Assembly (NCBI GenBank): GCA_002269645.1
Contig: NIVC01001237.1
Coordinates: 62,001 to 126,000, forward strand
Reading direction: 5' to 3'
From: Macrostomum lignano
Taxonomy: Eukaryota
DNA: 64,000 bases
Shown: in pieces, positions 10,626 to 25,600 of the stretch
How positions within the stretch are numbered: the first letter of the stretch is position 1
Layout of the letters: each line of letters begins with the position of its first letter
The notes under the pieces: generated by a model
The model's database searches: none
What the model was told of the DNA's origin: nothing
What the model saw: the letters and a program-made list of their open reading frames with translations, nothing else
Translations under genes and position numbers: made by a program

Positions 10626-13600
10626 TTACTTTTTTCTTCCGATAGTAAAAAATCGACTCTTTTTTCCGCCTCCGCCGGCTTCTCCGCCGCCTCCGCTCCC
10701 ACCGACTCCGCCGGAAGCCGAGGCAGAAGTGGCTGCGGTCGCCGAGGCCGAAGACGTGGCAGCGGCGGGCATCGTGGCGGCCCGGGCGGCTGTGGTCGGC
10801 GTAGCGCCTGCGGCAGCGTTGATTCGCGTTACCCAGTCGGTCATTTCGGCGTCGCCAGACCGAAGCGCCTAGTTATGGTAAATAAGTAGTACCAGTAGGA
10901 TAGTGCGCGTTTGTAAAGATATTTTAGATGGAAAGATGTAAAATATTTACAAAGTCACTTCGAAAGGCTAGCGCCTAAATGTCTGTGTCAGTAGGGCTAT
11001 ATCTCTGTTTCAGTAGATCTAGATCTTTGTGTGAGTAGGGCTAGAGCAGTGTGTCAGTAGGGCTAGATGACTGTGTCAGTAGGGCTAGATGTCTGTGTCA
11101 GTAGGGCTAGATCTTTGTATCAGTAGAGCTAGATCTTTGTGTCAGTAGGGCTAGATGTCTGTTTTAGTAGGGCTAGATGTCTGTGTCAGTATTGCTAGAT
11201 GTCTGTGTGAGTAGGGTTAGATCTGTGTCAGTAAAACCATATATCAGCGCAAAACGGCAGCATTGAGCGCACACGCACCTGGAACAGGTACTCGGCCCCG
11301 TTGCCCAGCTTCAGCCGGAACACATGAGGCCGTTTCGAGTAATCGGCCGCCGGCGCACTGCTAGCGCCCTCCAGCTCCAGAGCCGGCTCGTGCCGATAAG
11401 TGTCCTGCGGTCGCTCCCGGCTATGTCGCTCGTCCTTGTAGAACCTCAGCTGGCCGGACTCCAGCACCGTCCACACCTGCTGCCAGGACCGGCTGTGCGC
11501 CTTCCGGCCGCCCTGCTCCCACTCGTGCTTCCTGAGGGCCGGGGCGTTTCAAGATAGGGGCTTAGGCGCTAGTTTTTTTATCAACGGGGCGCCGCATTCC
11601 ATTTGACTGGGCTTTAGCACCAGGGGCTTAGGCGCTAGTTTTTTTATCAACGGGGCGCCGCATTCCATTTGACTGGGCTTTAGCACCAGGGGCTTTAGCA
11701 CCAGCGGCTTTAGCACCAGGGGCTTTAGCACCAGCGGCTTTAGCACCAGGGGCTTTAGCACCAGGGGCTTTAGCACCAGGGGCTTTAGCACCAGCGGCTT
11801 TAGCACCAGGAGGGGCTTTATCATTAGGGGCTTTAGCACCAGGGGCGCCAGCACCAGCGGCTTTAGCACCAGGGGCTTTAGCACCAGCGGCTTTAGCACC
11901 AGGAGGGGCTTTAGCATTAGGGGCTTTAGCACCAGGGGCACCAGCACCAGGGGCGCCAGCACCAGGGGCGCCAGCACCAGGGGCGCCAGCACCAGGGGCG
12001 CCAGCACCAGGGGCGCCAGCACCAGGGGCGCCAGCACCAGGGGCGCCAGCACCAGGGGCGCCAGCACCAGGGGCGCCAGCACCAGGGGCGCCAGCACCAG
12101 GGGCGCCAGCACCAGGGGCGCCAGCACCAGGGGCGCCAGCACCAGGGGCGCCAGCACCAGGGGCGCCAGCACCAGGGGCGCCAGCACCAGGGGCGCCAGC
12201 ACCAGGGGCGCCAGCACCAGGGGCGCCAGCACCAGGGGCGCCAGCACCAGGGGCGCCAGCACCAGGGGCGCCAGCACCAGGGGCGCCAGCACCAGGGGCG
12301 CCAGCACCAGGGGCGCCAGCACCAGGGGCGCCAGCACCAGGGGCGCCAGCACCAGGGGCGCCAGCACCAGGGGCGCCAGCACCAGGGCTTTAGCACCAGG
12401 GCTTTAGCACCAGGGGCGCCAGCACCAGGGCTTTAGCACCAGGGGCGCCAGCACCAGGGCTTTAGCACCAGGGGCGCTACCTTCCTTACTTGTTGCCTTT
12501 CTGCATATACAAAGTGGCTTCCTGGCATGGCCTTCTTAGAAAAGCTCACTAGTGCAGCAGCATACAAACCTGGCCAGCATGCCCTCCATCTTGGCTGCTG
12601 TTATCATCGGCTGCGGCTGCTGCTGAGCCTGCTGGGACGCCTTAGCTGCCTCTCCAGGTGTAGCTGCAGCGACTTGCTGCTTCTGTTGCTGTTGCTGCTG
12701 CTGAGTCAGCTGCTGCTGCTCCTGTTGCTCTTGTTGCTGCTTTTTAATTGGCGTCGCTTTTGGCGTCGGAGGCGCCTGCGGCACGGCGGCGGACACGGCG
12801 GCTGCACGACGCTCGGCTCGTTTCGCTGCCTCGTCTGCGATTTGAAGCCGTGTTTAACAAAAACGTTCGCAAATTCAGACAATAGAAGCTATTCAGACTA
12901 CTTATGCATGGAAGTAGACGCAACGCGCACGGTCAACTTTTTTTGAAAAAAACTGAGAAATTCTTTTAGAGTGACGTTGGGTTTCGGTAGGATTTCGGTG
13001 AAAATAATTATGAATAAGACTTTTTGCTTTACTTTTTCTGGTTTATAATGTCTTCCAAAATCACTCTAAGACGGAATTAATCACCCCTGATAGAAATCAC
13101 CCCTGACAGAAATCATACACATGTACATCTCTATTACCTGCAGAGGCAGTGCCGGTTGCACCTCCACGCAGCTCCAAAGCGGTCAACTTTTGCAGCGCAG
13201 CAAATCTTTCCTCCTGCGATGCGGCCGCTTTCTCAAACGCTTCGTGTTGTCTTATTAAGGCTAAAGTCTCTTCTAGACTTTCGCCTAATTCGTGGCTGCT
13301 CAGGTGCGGCTCCTGGGCTAACAGCCAGGCCTCAGCGACGGCAGCATCGCGAGCAAACTGGTACACCTGCGTTGACAGTGGTGGAGCTTGTTCAATCCAG
13401 GTTGTTCTGTCTTATACCAGGGGCTATGTACAGTGATTCTCCGCCTCTCTTACCCCCTTCCACTCTGCGACTCCCTACCTCTGAAATGTACACTGATTCT
13501 CCGCCTCTCTTACCCCCCTTCCACTCCCGACACCCTAGCTCTGAATGCACACTGATTCTCCGCCTCTCTTACCCAGCCCTTCCGCTCCCGACACCCTAGC

Positions 13601-16600
13601 TCGGAAATGTACACTGATTCTCCGGCTCTCTTACCCAGCCCTTCCGCTCCCGACACCCTAGCTCTGAAATGTACACTGATTCTCCGGCTCTCTTACCCAG
13701 CCCTTCCGCTCCCGACACCCTAGCTCTGAAATGTACACTGATTCTCCGGCTCTCTTACCCAGCCCTTCCGCTCCCGACACCCTAGCTCGGAAATGTACAC
13801 TGATTCTCCGGCTCTCTTACCCAGCCCTTCCGCTCCCGACACCCTAGCTCTGAAATGTACACTGATTCTCCGGCTCTCTTACCCAGCCCTTCCGCTCCCG
13901 ACACCCTAGCTCTGAAATGTACACTGATTCTCCGGCTCTCTTACCTCCTTCCATTCCAAGCTATGAAATGTTCAAAACCTCTACATGCTATCCAGTACGA
14001 GTATTTAGCCACAATTGAATCTTTACCTCCAGCATAAGCTGCAACTGGTCCCATTTGGTGTCCCAAGCGTCCGTAACGTCGAACCGTTTGCCAGCAAGTT
14101 CGGCGAGTTTCTCCTGCACCACAGTTAGTCTGGGATGCCGGCGCATCACGAGAGACCGGCCCAGGTTGGCCGCAATAGTGAAATTCTCATCTCTGGCGTC
14201 CATCTCAGCTTTGAGATTCTTGTGCGAATTCATTAATAATTCAACGCCGGACACGTCCCTTGGCCTCTCCTGCGAGGCCATCTCAGCTTCGATAGAGTCC
14301 ATCCACATGAGCAGCTCGCGAACCATGTTGAGGAATCGATGGAACTCAGCATTATCAGCTAGTTCAGCTTTCCTGCGCTGGCAGCGCAGAGTCAATCGAT
14401 TCCAAGCATCGATTACTTGATCGCGACGTTCGCGAATCAGCTTCTCGTTGTCGCCGCTGTAGGCCGGCAGCAGGTCATCGGCGTCGCGTTCAACACCGTG
14501 CACCGCGGCCTCCAGGGTGCGCAGGTCGTGCTCAAATGCGGTGTGCTTCCTGGCGTAAGAGTCCGACGATTTGGCGTCTTTGCCTGGGTGTAGGAGACGA
14601 TTTGAAATTAACTGGTTTTCTTAGAAATGCTTCACTAAGAATCTCTCTAAACTCTCAAAATTTTACATCCTCAAAACGCCACATCCTTAAAACGTCACGT
14701 CCTCAAAATGTCATGTCCTCAAAATGTAACGTCCTCAAAATGTCACATCCTCAAAATGTCACATCCTCAAAATGTAACATCCTCAAAATGTAACATCCTC
14801 AAAATGTAACATCCTCAAAATGTAACATCCTCACAATGTCACATCCTCCAAATGTAACGTCCTCAAAATGTCGCATCCTAAAAATGTCAAATCGTCTAAC
14901 ATACCTTAAGTGTTAACTTTTTAAAAATATTTATGCTCTTGAGAATAGCTCACCGACATCATCCGGTATAGCGAGCTCTTTCTCCTCGATTCTATCGAGC
15001 ACGTCGCGACAGTCGGTCAAAAATCGATGGAAAGCGTAAGCAGCCGTGAGCAACTGGGTTCGAGTGTCAATCAGCTCCAGCAGGTCTGACCAGGCCTCGT
15101 TGACGCGATCTTTCCACTCGGCAATGTCCGCAGAGTTTCGATGTCCCTTTAGGGATGACAAAAACAATTGAATATGGAAATGCCTTTTTTCCAAGCTTTG
15201 AAAACTTAGTTAAATCTAGTGTAAATCCTCTTTGATTCTTTTTTCTCTCTGACCCCAAAGTGCACATTCTTATCTATAGCTCTTTCTCTCCCTCCCCTAA
15301 TCACAGTGTACATTCAGAGTGTACATTCTTATCTCTAGCCCTTTTCTCTCCCTCCCCTAATCACAGTGTACATCCTCTCCCCTGTTTATCCGACCCTAAA
15401 GTGTACATTCTTATCTCTAGCCCTTTTCTCTCCCTCCCCTAATCACAGTGTACATCCTCTCCCCTGTTTATCTGACCCTAGAGTGTACATTCTTATCTCT
15501 AGCCCTTTCTCTCCCTCCCCTAATCACAGTGTAGATCCTCTCCCCTGTTTATCCGACCCTAGAGTGTACATTCTTATCTCTAGCCCTCTCTCCCTCCCCT
15601 AATCACAGTGTAGATCCTCTCCCCTGTTTATCCGACCCTAGAGTGTACATTCTTATCTCTAGCCCTTTCTCTCCCTCCCCTAATCACAGTGTACATCCTT
15701 TCCCCTGTTTATCCGACCCTAAAGTGTACATTCTTATCTCTAGCCCTTTCTCTCCCTCCCCTAATCACAGTGTACATCCTCTCCCCTGTTTATCCGACCC
15801 TAAAGTGTACATTCTTATCTCTAGCCCTTTTCTCTCCCTCCCCTAATCACAGTGTACATCCTCTCCCCTGTTTATCCGACCCTAAAGTGTACATTTTTAT
15901 CTCTAGCCCTTTTCTCTCCCTCCCCTAATCACAGTGTAGATCCTCTCCCCTGTTTATCCGACCCTAGAGTGTACATTCTTATCTCTAGCCCTTTCTCTCC
16001 CTCCCCTAATCACAGTGTAGATCCTCTCCCCTGTTTATCCGACCCTAGAGTGTACATTCTTATCTCTAGCCCTTTTCTCTCCCTCCCCTAATCACAGTGT
16101 AGATCTTCTCCCCTGTTTATCCGACCCTAGAGTGTACATTCTTATCTCTAGCCCTTTTCTCTCCCTCCCCTAATCACAGTGTAGATCCTCTCCCCTGTTT
16201 ATCTGACCCTAGAGTGTACATTCTTATCTCTAGCCCTTTCTCTCCCTCCCCTAATCACAGTGTACATCCTCTCCCCTGTTTATCCGACCCTAAAGTGTAC
16301 ATTCTTATCTCTAGCCCTTTCTCTCCCTCCCCTAATCACAGTGTAGATCCTCTCCCCTGTTTATCCGACCCTAGAGTGTACATTCTTATCTCTAGCCCTT
16401 TCTCTCCCTCCCCTAATCACAGTGTAGATCCTCTCCCCTGTTTATCCGACCCACATTCTTATCTCTCTTTCTTACCTTACTGTTCAGCCTCCCCTCTTCT
16501 CTATTTTCTCTATGCACTAGCTGACTCTAGAGTTTAAATTTGTACATTTATATCTCTGTTTCTCTCTGTTTCTCTGTCCAAGTTGTGCAGCGTCAACTAA

Positions 16601-19600
16601 CTAACCTGATCGATCAGGCTGTCAACAAACTGATTGGCAGCCGCAACTCGCTCGGTGCCAATCGTTTCAGTCTCTTTGGCGAATTCGCGAAATCTTTCTC
16701 TAAGCAGTACGCAGTGCTCATAGTCTTTGCCCAGTTCGTTACTCTGAGCTACTAAGGTTCTCTCGTAGATCCAGGATTCTAGGTCGAGAATTTCTCTCTG
16801 CAGCTGGTAGAGCTTGAGTTGTTCTTGTAGCCAGGCCCGCTTCTCGGCGCATAGCTCTTTCAGGGTTGAGTAGAGTCGGTCGAGACGATTCTGAGCTTGG
16901 GCGACTCGCTCGGACTCCGGGTGCTCAGTTTCGATGAGGGCGCGAGCTCGAGCTCCCAGCTGGCGGATTGTTTCGGCAAAGGCTTCGACACCGCGGTCCA
17001 CCTGCGGTTCGGGGAGCGATTCTTTTTTATTTTGGGATTTCTTTAGTTAGAACTTCGTTGGAGTTTAGAATTGAAGTACGCTATGTAAATTTGGGAATTT
17101 GGAATTACAATAGGAGCATTTGAATTCCAAATTGGGATTTTAGGATCTGAAATGGGACTTTTGTGATCTGAGATGAGGGTTTGGAATCTGAAATGGGGAT
17201 ATTTGTGATCTGAAATGAGGGTTTGGAATCTGAAATGGGGATATTTGGGATCTGAAATGAGGGTTTGGAATCTGAAATGGGGATATTTGTGATCTGAAAT
17301 GAGGGTTTGGAATCTGAAATGGGGATATTTGGGATCTGAAATGAGGGTTTGGAATCTGAAATGGGGATATTTGTGATCTGAAATGAGGGTTTGGAATCTG
17401 AAATGGGGATATTTGGGATCTGAAATGAGGGTTTGGAATCTGAAATGGGGATATTTGTGATCTGAAATGAGGGTTTGGAATCTGAAATGGGGATATTTGG
17501 GATCTGAAATGAGGGTTTGGAATCTGAAATGGGGATATTTGGGATCTGAAATGAGGGTTTGGAATCTGAAATGGGGATATTTGTGAACTGAAATGAGGAT
17601 TTGGAATCTGAAATGAGGGTTTGGAATCTGAAATGGGGATATTTGTGAACTGAAATGAGGATTTGGAATCTGAAATGGGGACATTTGTGATCTGAAATGA
17701 GGGTTTGGAATCTGAAATGAGGGTTTGGAATCTGAAATAGGGAGTTTTGGGATCTGAAATAAGGGTTTGAAATCTGAAATGGGGATATTTGGGATCTGAA
17801 ATGAGGTTTTGGAATCTGAAATGGGGACTTTTGGGATCTGAAATGGGGATTTTCGGGATCTAAAATTAGTATTTTTGGAATCTGAAATGGGGATTTTTGG
17901 GATCTGAAATGGGATTGTAGAGTCTAAAATGGGGATTTTTGGGATCTGAAATGAGGGTTTTGGGGATCTGAAATAGGGATTTTGAAGTCTAAAACTTGGA
18001 TTTTTAATCAAAATTGGGAATTTAGGGATCTGAAATGAGTATAAAGGATAAAAAAGGTTTTAAAGTCTAAATTGGGATTTTAGGATCTGAAGTAAAGATT
18101 CTAGATTATGAAATATGTTTTTCGGAACCGCAGTTTGTCGATGCAGTTGAGATTGTAGAAAAATCTTTTTTTTTGAAAATTAGATTATCTACTAGAGTTT
18201 AAGTATTGTATTGCAAATTGCGCGATACATACCGATGTTCCTACTGCGAGTAGATAATAAGTAAATAAATATTCGAAAAATCTTGCTTTTTTAGAGTAAA
18301 GTCAATAATAAAAAAGAAATTATTGGTTTGATTCAAACAAACCAGAGCCGGTTTACAAAATGAAACGAAAATGAACAGTTCTTTAAAGAACCAACAGTTC
18401 TTTACCGTGGGAAAGTTACTAACTCCATAAGTACAACAAGCCTTGCTCTTTTCTTGGAATAAAAGCAGACCAAACAGAAAGGAGTCAGTAGTTTATAGCT
18501 TTGATTATACATTTCCTGCAACTAAGAGTGGCCTCTGTCGTCAGACTCTGAAATGTCTAGAAGCTAGGATACTGATTGACAGGTAGATAGGATACTGATT
18601 GACAGGTAGATAGGATACTGATTGACAGGTAGATAGGATACTGATTGACAGGTAGATAGGATACTGATTGACAGGTAGATAGGATACTGATTGACAGGTA
18701 GATAGGATACTGATTGACAGGTAGATAGGATACTGATTGACAGGTAGTCAAGATACTGATTGACAGGTAGCTAGGATACTGATTGACAGGTAGATAGGAT
18801 ACTGATTGACAGGTAGCTAGCTAGGATACTGATTTGACAGGTAGTCAAGATACTGATTGACAGGTAGTGAAGATACTGATTGACAGGTAGCTAAGATACT
18901 GATTGACAGGTAGCTAGGATGCTGATTGACAGGTAGCTAGGATATCTGATTGATAGGTAGCCATGATAACTGATTGACAGATATCTGATTGAGGTAGCTA
19001 GGATCACTGATTGACAGGTAGTTAGGATACTGATTGACAGGTAGCTAGGATACTGATTGACAGGTAGCTAGGATGCTGATTGACAGGTAGCTAGGATATC
19101 TGATTGACAGGTAGCCATGATAACTGATTGACAGATATCTGATTGAGGTAGCTAGGATCACTGATTGACAGGTAGCTAGGATACTGATTGACAGGTAGCT
19201 AGGATCACTGATTGACAGGTAGCTAGGATACTGATTGACAGGTAGCTAGAATACTGATTGACAGGTAGCTATGATATCTGATTGACAGATAGCCATGATA
19301 ACTGATTGACAGATATCTGATTGAGGTAGCTAGGATCACTGATTGACAGGTAGCTAGGATACTGATTGACAGGTAGCTAGGATCACTGATTGACAGGTAG
19401 CTAGGATACTGATTGACAGGTAGCTAGAATACTGATTGACAGGTAGCTATGATATCTGATTGACAGATAGCCATGATAACTGATTGACAGATATCTGATT
19501 GAGGTAGCTAGGATCACTGATTGACAGGTATATTTCTAAAGCGAAAAGGTAGCAATAAACCGCACCTGTTCGTGCTTCTTCATAGCATTATTAGCCGCCT

Positions 19601-22600
19601 GCTCGTCCCTAGCGCGGGTCTCCTCCGGCATGAGGTACAGCTCCTGCTCGCCCATCCAAGTCTCAGCCTCTCTGGCATCCTCCAGCCATTGCTGAGCGAG
19701 TTCGCTGCGTTCCAGCCTGGCTCGCCGATCCTCCATAGCCTGGCTGAGCTGCTCCCAGCGGTCCTGCAGCTCGCTAATGCCAGCCTGGTATTGCTCTGAC
19801 TGTGGCACACCCTGATCGATCAGATCGTTGGCGTTCGACACGGTGTCGCGAACTCTGGGTCGGTGATTCTCAACCTCGGCTGCTAGCACTTTGTGACGGC
19901 GTAGCATTTGAGTGACGGATAACAGCGATGCACCAGCCTGTGATGATTAGTTGGGGGCGGAGGGGCTAGAGTGACAGTTAGAGTGACAATTGCTAGACTT
20001 GGCACAAGGAGTGCTAATCCGAGTGAAAGTTGGAGTGATACTTAGAGTGAGGGACTAGAGGAGTATCGAACAGAGCGACAATAAGAGTGCCAAAAACAGT
20101 GACAATAAAAGTGACAAGAGGAGTGCCAAAACAGAGGGACAATATGAGTGCTAATTAGAGTGATAAGAAGAGTGCTAATTAGAGTGATAAGAAGAGTGCT
20201 AATTGGAGTGGCAAGAAGAGTGCTAATTAGAGTGATAAGAAGAGTGCTAATTAGAGTGACAAGAAGAGTGCTAATTAGAGTGACAAGAAGAGTGCCCCTA
20301 ATCGGAGAGAAGTGAGGATCAAACTAAAGGATGAAAGAGTGCCGACATGACCGGAGTGACAAAAGCTGTCTCACATCCTGCAGCGACGCCAGAGCCAGTT
20401 TCTCCTCAGCCCACATCTTCTCGTCTTCGATATCGCGGAACAGCTGCTGGATCCGCTTCCTGCGCACCAGCTCGTCTTTCTTCTTGGACAGAGGATCTCG
20501 CAGCTTAACAAAAGTCTGCTGCAACGACAGGTGAGTCTTCTCAAACACTTCCTCTTTGTCTGGGTGCTGCTCTTTGAGCTTCTCCTTGTGCTCGCTCATG
20601 TCTACCAGCTGTTTCTCTTTCTCTTCCATCTCTTTCTCCTGATCTTCGATGCTGCGCAACCAGATGTCAACGTCCGTGAGGGTGACCACCTCTTCTTCGT
20701 CCACCACCATCTGGGTCATGAGCTTCTCCATCCATACGTTAACATCTTGAGCAGTGTTGTTAAAAATGGTTTCCCTATTAGCTTCGAGAAGTTTTTCGCT
20801 TTTCTGTTTAACAGATTCTTCTAAATCGGCCCAACGAGCCGTTAGCTGATCGATCTGAGGTCGGACAGTGTCCGAGAAATTCGGCCGCTCGGCCAGCAGC
20901 TGCTCGGCGCCTCGTCTGACCGACTCAAGCCGGTCTTTATTAGCGTCGATTTCTCGTTCGAATGCTTTGTGCCGATTGTAGCGGCTGGTGATGTTCTTGG
21001 CATCGCGGAAGCTCTCGTCGTCGGCTACGAGCCGGCGATCTTCGATCCACTCGGCCAGGTCGTCGATGTCCTGTCGAAGATGCTGCAGCGCCAGCTGGCC
21101 TCGGAGCTGGTCGAGTCGCTCCTGGGCGCGGGCCAGGTTGGCCTCGCGACGAGCTTGAATCGAATCCACCTGCGGATTGGTTGGTTGTGATTTTTATACC
21201 GAATAGCTACTATTCGAATCCCATTAAGCTACTATATTCGAATCGCAATTAGCTACTATTCGAATCCCAATTAGCTACTATTCGAATCGCAATTAGCTAC
21301 TATTCGAATCCCAATTAGCTACTATTCGAATCCCAATTAGCTACTATTCGAATCGCAATTAGCTACTATTCGAATCCCAATTAGCTACTATTCGAATCGC
21401 AATTAGCTACTATTCGAATCGCAATTAGCTACTATTCGAATCGCAATTAAGCTACTATTCGAATGCCATTAAGCTACTATTGGAATCCCAATTAGTTACT
21501 ATTCGAATCCCAATTAGCTACGATTCGAATCCCAATTAGCTACTATTCAAATTCCAGTAGCTACTATTTGAATCCCATTAGGCTATTATTCGAATCCCAT
21601 AAAGCTACTATTCGAATCCCATTAAGCTATTATTCAAATCTCACTAAGCTACCATTCGAATCCCATTAAGCTACTATTCCAATCCCAATTGGCTACAATT
21701 CAAATCCTAAGTAAGTGACTATTCGAATCCCAAAATGGTATTCGAATCCCAAAATGGTATTCGAATCCCAAAATGGTATTCGAATCCCAAAATGGTATTC
21801 GAATCCCAAAATGCTATTCGAATCCCAAAATGCTATTCGAATCCCAAAATGCTATTCGAATCCCAAAATGCTATTCGAATCCCAAAATGCTATTCGAATC
21901 CCAAAATGCTATTCGAATCCCAAAATGCTATTCGAATGAATCAAAGCTCGTCAGTTGCATCTCGCAGTCCCACCTTCTGCGCAATCTTCTCCTTAGCAAA
22001 GTGCTCCTCCTCAGCCAGCAACTGCTGCCCGCTCTCGTCAACCAGAGCCAGCTTCTCCTCATTGGCCCGCAGGGAAGTGATGAAGTTCTCGCACTGTTTA
22101 ACCATAGACTCGGCCTGTTCAACTGAGGTTGGCGTTTCGCTTTTGCTAAGAAAATTTTCCTGCGAGCTGAGTACGAGGTCGCACTGGACAGAGTCGCGCA
22201 GGAACACCTGCAGGCTGAGGCTCTGCGACAGTTGCGTGTGCTTCATCTGCCACATCTCGTGCAGAGCGTTCCAGTCGTCTGACAGAGCGTTCAGACGCTG
22301 GCTGAGGAACATGTACTGCGCGTCTGTTTGACCTTCAGTGACACGACGGCCATAGCTCATCAAGCTGGCGAACTCTTCGTTGTAGCCTTCGATCTCCTGT
22401 TTGAGGCTCTGGTGATTCACTAGCAACTTCTCCGCCTCGCTGACATCTTTGGCCATGTCCTCTGTGGCTACTCTGGTCTGCGTGTTGCTCAGCCACACCT
22501 GCGGGTGGGGTAGGCAGTTCAGTGTGCGGCATTTGCTGGGATCTGATATCTCCGCTAGCCTCCTTCAGTATCTCCGCTACCCTCCTTCATTGTCTCCGCT

Positions 22601-25600
22601 ACCCTCCTTCAGTGTCTCTGCTACCCTCCTTCAGTGTCTCCGCTACCCTCCTTCAGTGTCTCTGCTACCCTCCTTCAGTGAGTCTCTGCTACCCTCCTTC
22701 AGTGAGTCTCTGCTACCCTTCTTCAGTGAGTCTCTGCTATCCTCCTTTAGTGAGTCTCTGCTACCCTTCTTCAGTGAGTCTCTGCTTCCCTCCTTCAGTG
22801 AGTCTCTGCTGCCCTCCTTCAGTGAGTCTCTGCTTCCCTCCTTCAGTGAGTCTCTGCTACCCTTCTTCAGTGAGTCTCTGCTTCCCTTCTTCAGTGAGTC
22901 TCTGCTTCCCTCCTTGAGTGAGTCTCTGCTTCCCTTCTTCAGTGAGTCTCTGCTTCCCTTCTTCAGTGAGTCTCTGCTACCCTCCTTCAGTGAGTCTCTG
23001 CTTCCCTCCTTCAGTGAGTCTCTGCTTCCCTCCTTCAGTGTCTCCGCTACCCTCCTTCGGTGTCTCCGCTACCCTCCTTCAGGGTCTCTGCTACCCTCCT
23101 TCAGTGAGTCTCTGCTGCCCTCCTTCAGTGAGTCTCTGCTGCCCTCCTTCAGGGAGTCTCTGCTTCCCTCCTTCAGGGAGTCTCTGCTTCCCTCCTCCAG
23201 CAGGTTTCCGCTACAAAAGCATCTTCCCAAGAAACGCACCTGGAAATGATCCAAATCCTGCAGAAATTTTTGCAACTCCGAAGACTCTTCCAGCCTCTCC
23301 TTGCGCTCCATTCGCATGTTGCTCAGCTCAGACCAGAGAGCGCGCAGTTCGTCTCGACTCTCCACCAAGGCCTGCGCCTCTTCGGGTTTCACTCGTTGAA
23401 GCTTTTCGCACTGATCGTCCAGATGCTGCAGTCGGGCTTCAATAGCGGCCATGTCGGAGTTGAGATTCTGCAACCGTCTCTGCAGCTGCATGATGCCGCC
23501 CAGATCGTTGCCGAGTTCGTCTGTGGACTCAACTAGTTGGCATTTCTCCTTGATCCAATTTGTAGTCTCCCGGCATTCGATTTTGTACGTGTTATAATCG
23601 TAGGCGTTGTTAATTTTTGCCTTGCGTTGGTCAACCAAATCGGCCAGTTCGTTCCATTCGGCGTTGAGTTGGTCCTGACGCTCGCGGACCTCTTCGGCGC
23701 TGGGGTGCTCAGCTTTGAGTAGCCGATTAGCCAGGGTGTCGGCTTCCGCCACTCGAACAGCGTTGCTCTGCATCTCAATCTCGAATCCGTCGAATCGGTG
23801 CTTGACAACCTGATGAACCGGGCGGGTGAGTTGGTTGAAGCTGAGAGATACCAAAGTACACCAATGCATAGTAATGTACAGACCCGTGCACAATAAGTAC
23901 ACAGTGTACAGACCCATGCACAATAAGTACACAGTGTACAGACCCATGCACAATTAAGTACACCAATGTACAGACCCATGTACGATAAGTACACCAATGT
24001 ACAGACCCGTGCACAATTAAGTACACCAATGTACAGACCCGTGCACAATTAGTACACCAATGTACAGACCCGTGCACAATAAGTACACCAATGTACAGAC
24101 CCATGCACAATAAGTACACCAATGTACAGACCCATGCACAATTAGTACACCAATGTACAGACCCGTGCACAATAAGTACACCAATGTACAGACCCGTGCA
24201 CAATAAGTACACCAATGTACAGACCCGTGCACAATAAGTACACCAATGTACAGACCCGTGCACAATTAGTACACCAATGTACAGACCTGTGCACAATAAG
24301 TACACCAATGTACAGACCCATGCACAATAAGTACACCAATGTACAGACCCATGCACAATTAGTACACCAATGTACAGACCCGTGCACAATAAGTACACCA
24401 ATGTACAGACCCGTGCACAATAAGTACACCAATGTACAGACCCGTGCACAATAAGTACACCAATGTACAGACCCGTGCACAATAAGTACACCAATGTACA
24501 GACCCGTGCACAATAAGTACACCAATGTACAGACCCGTGCACAATTAGTACACCAATGTACAGACCTGTGCACAATTAGTACACCAATGTACAGACCTGT
24601 GCACAATTAGTACACCAATGTACAGACCTGTGCACAATTAGTACACCAATGTACAGACCCGAACAGCAGCTCACCTCCAGTTCCTCAATCTCCTCGGACG
24701 GCACCATGGACACTAGCAGGCGCCGTTTCTCTCTAATCCAAGCCTCAATCTGGTCGGCCTCGCTAAACAGTCGATGAGTCGCTAGTGCGTCGGCCAGCTG
24801 CTGTCGACGTCGTTCAGCTTGTCGGAGCAGCTCAGCGTAGCGAGCATCGATGGCTTCCAATCGCTGTTTAGTCGATTCCAATTCCCTATCAGCCGGGTTC
24901 AACGCTTCGGCTTGCGTGTGCAGGGCGGCGATCTCTTCACCGTAGTTGTCAATCTCCTGGCTGGCGTCGAGGTGCTTGCGCTGCAACGACTGGACGGTGG
25001 CTTCGTTGTAGCCGCAGTCTTCGTCTTCGCACAGGCGGTGCATCTCCGTCAGCCAAGCCTCTGCGTCGTCGCAGTCGCCTAGGAAACGCTGATAATCGAC
25101 CGCTTCTAACAGGCGACTCTTGCGAGCGGCGGCCCTGTCGACCAGGTTGTCCCACAGCGAGCTGATCCGTTCCAGCCGGCTGCTCAACAGGTCGCTTCGT
25201 GGGCCGGCGTTGGCAACCAGATTCTCGCCGCGAGCCAGCTGGTCCTGCAGCTGTTTCCGACGCGCCGAGATTTCGTCCTCGGTGGCACGGTGCTTCGCTA
25301 ACAGACGCTGAGCTGAGGGGATGTCGTGGCCAAGGTCGGGACTGGACATGAGCTGCTCCTTCTCGCGGATCCACTGCTCCTCGTCTTCCAGCTCCCAGAC
25401 GAGGCGCCAGACCTGCCGGCTGGAAGTCAGGCCGTCGTGTCGGCGAGCCGCCCGCAGGCGAAGCTGCTCGTAGGCTTCGCGAAGGATGCTGGCGCGTTCC
25501 TCCACTTCGCCAGGCTCGGTTGGGCGATAGTCGCCTACTTCCGGGGGGAACTCGCCGTCGATGAATGCCTGCGGGGAATGGAGGCGGAGAGGGTGTATTC

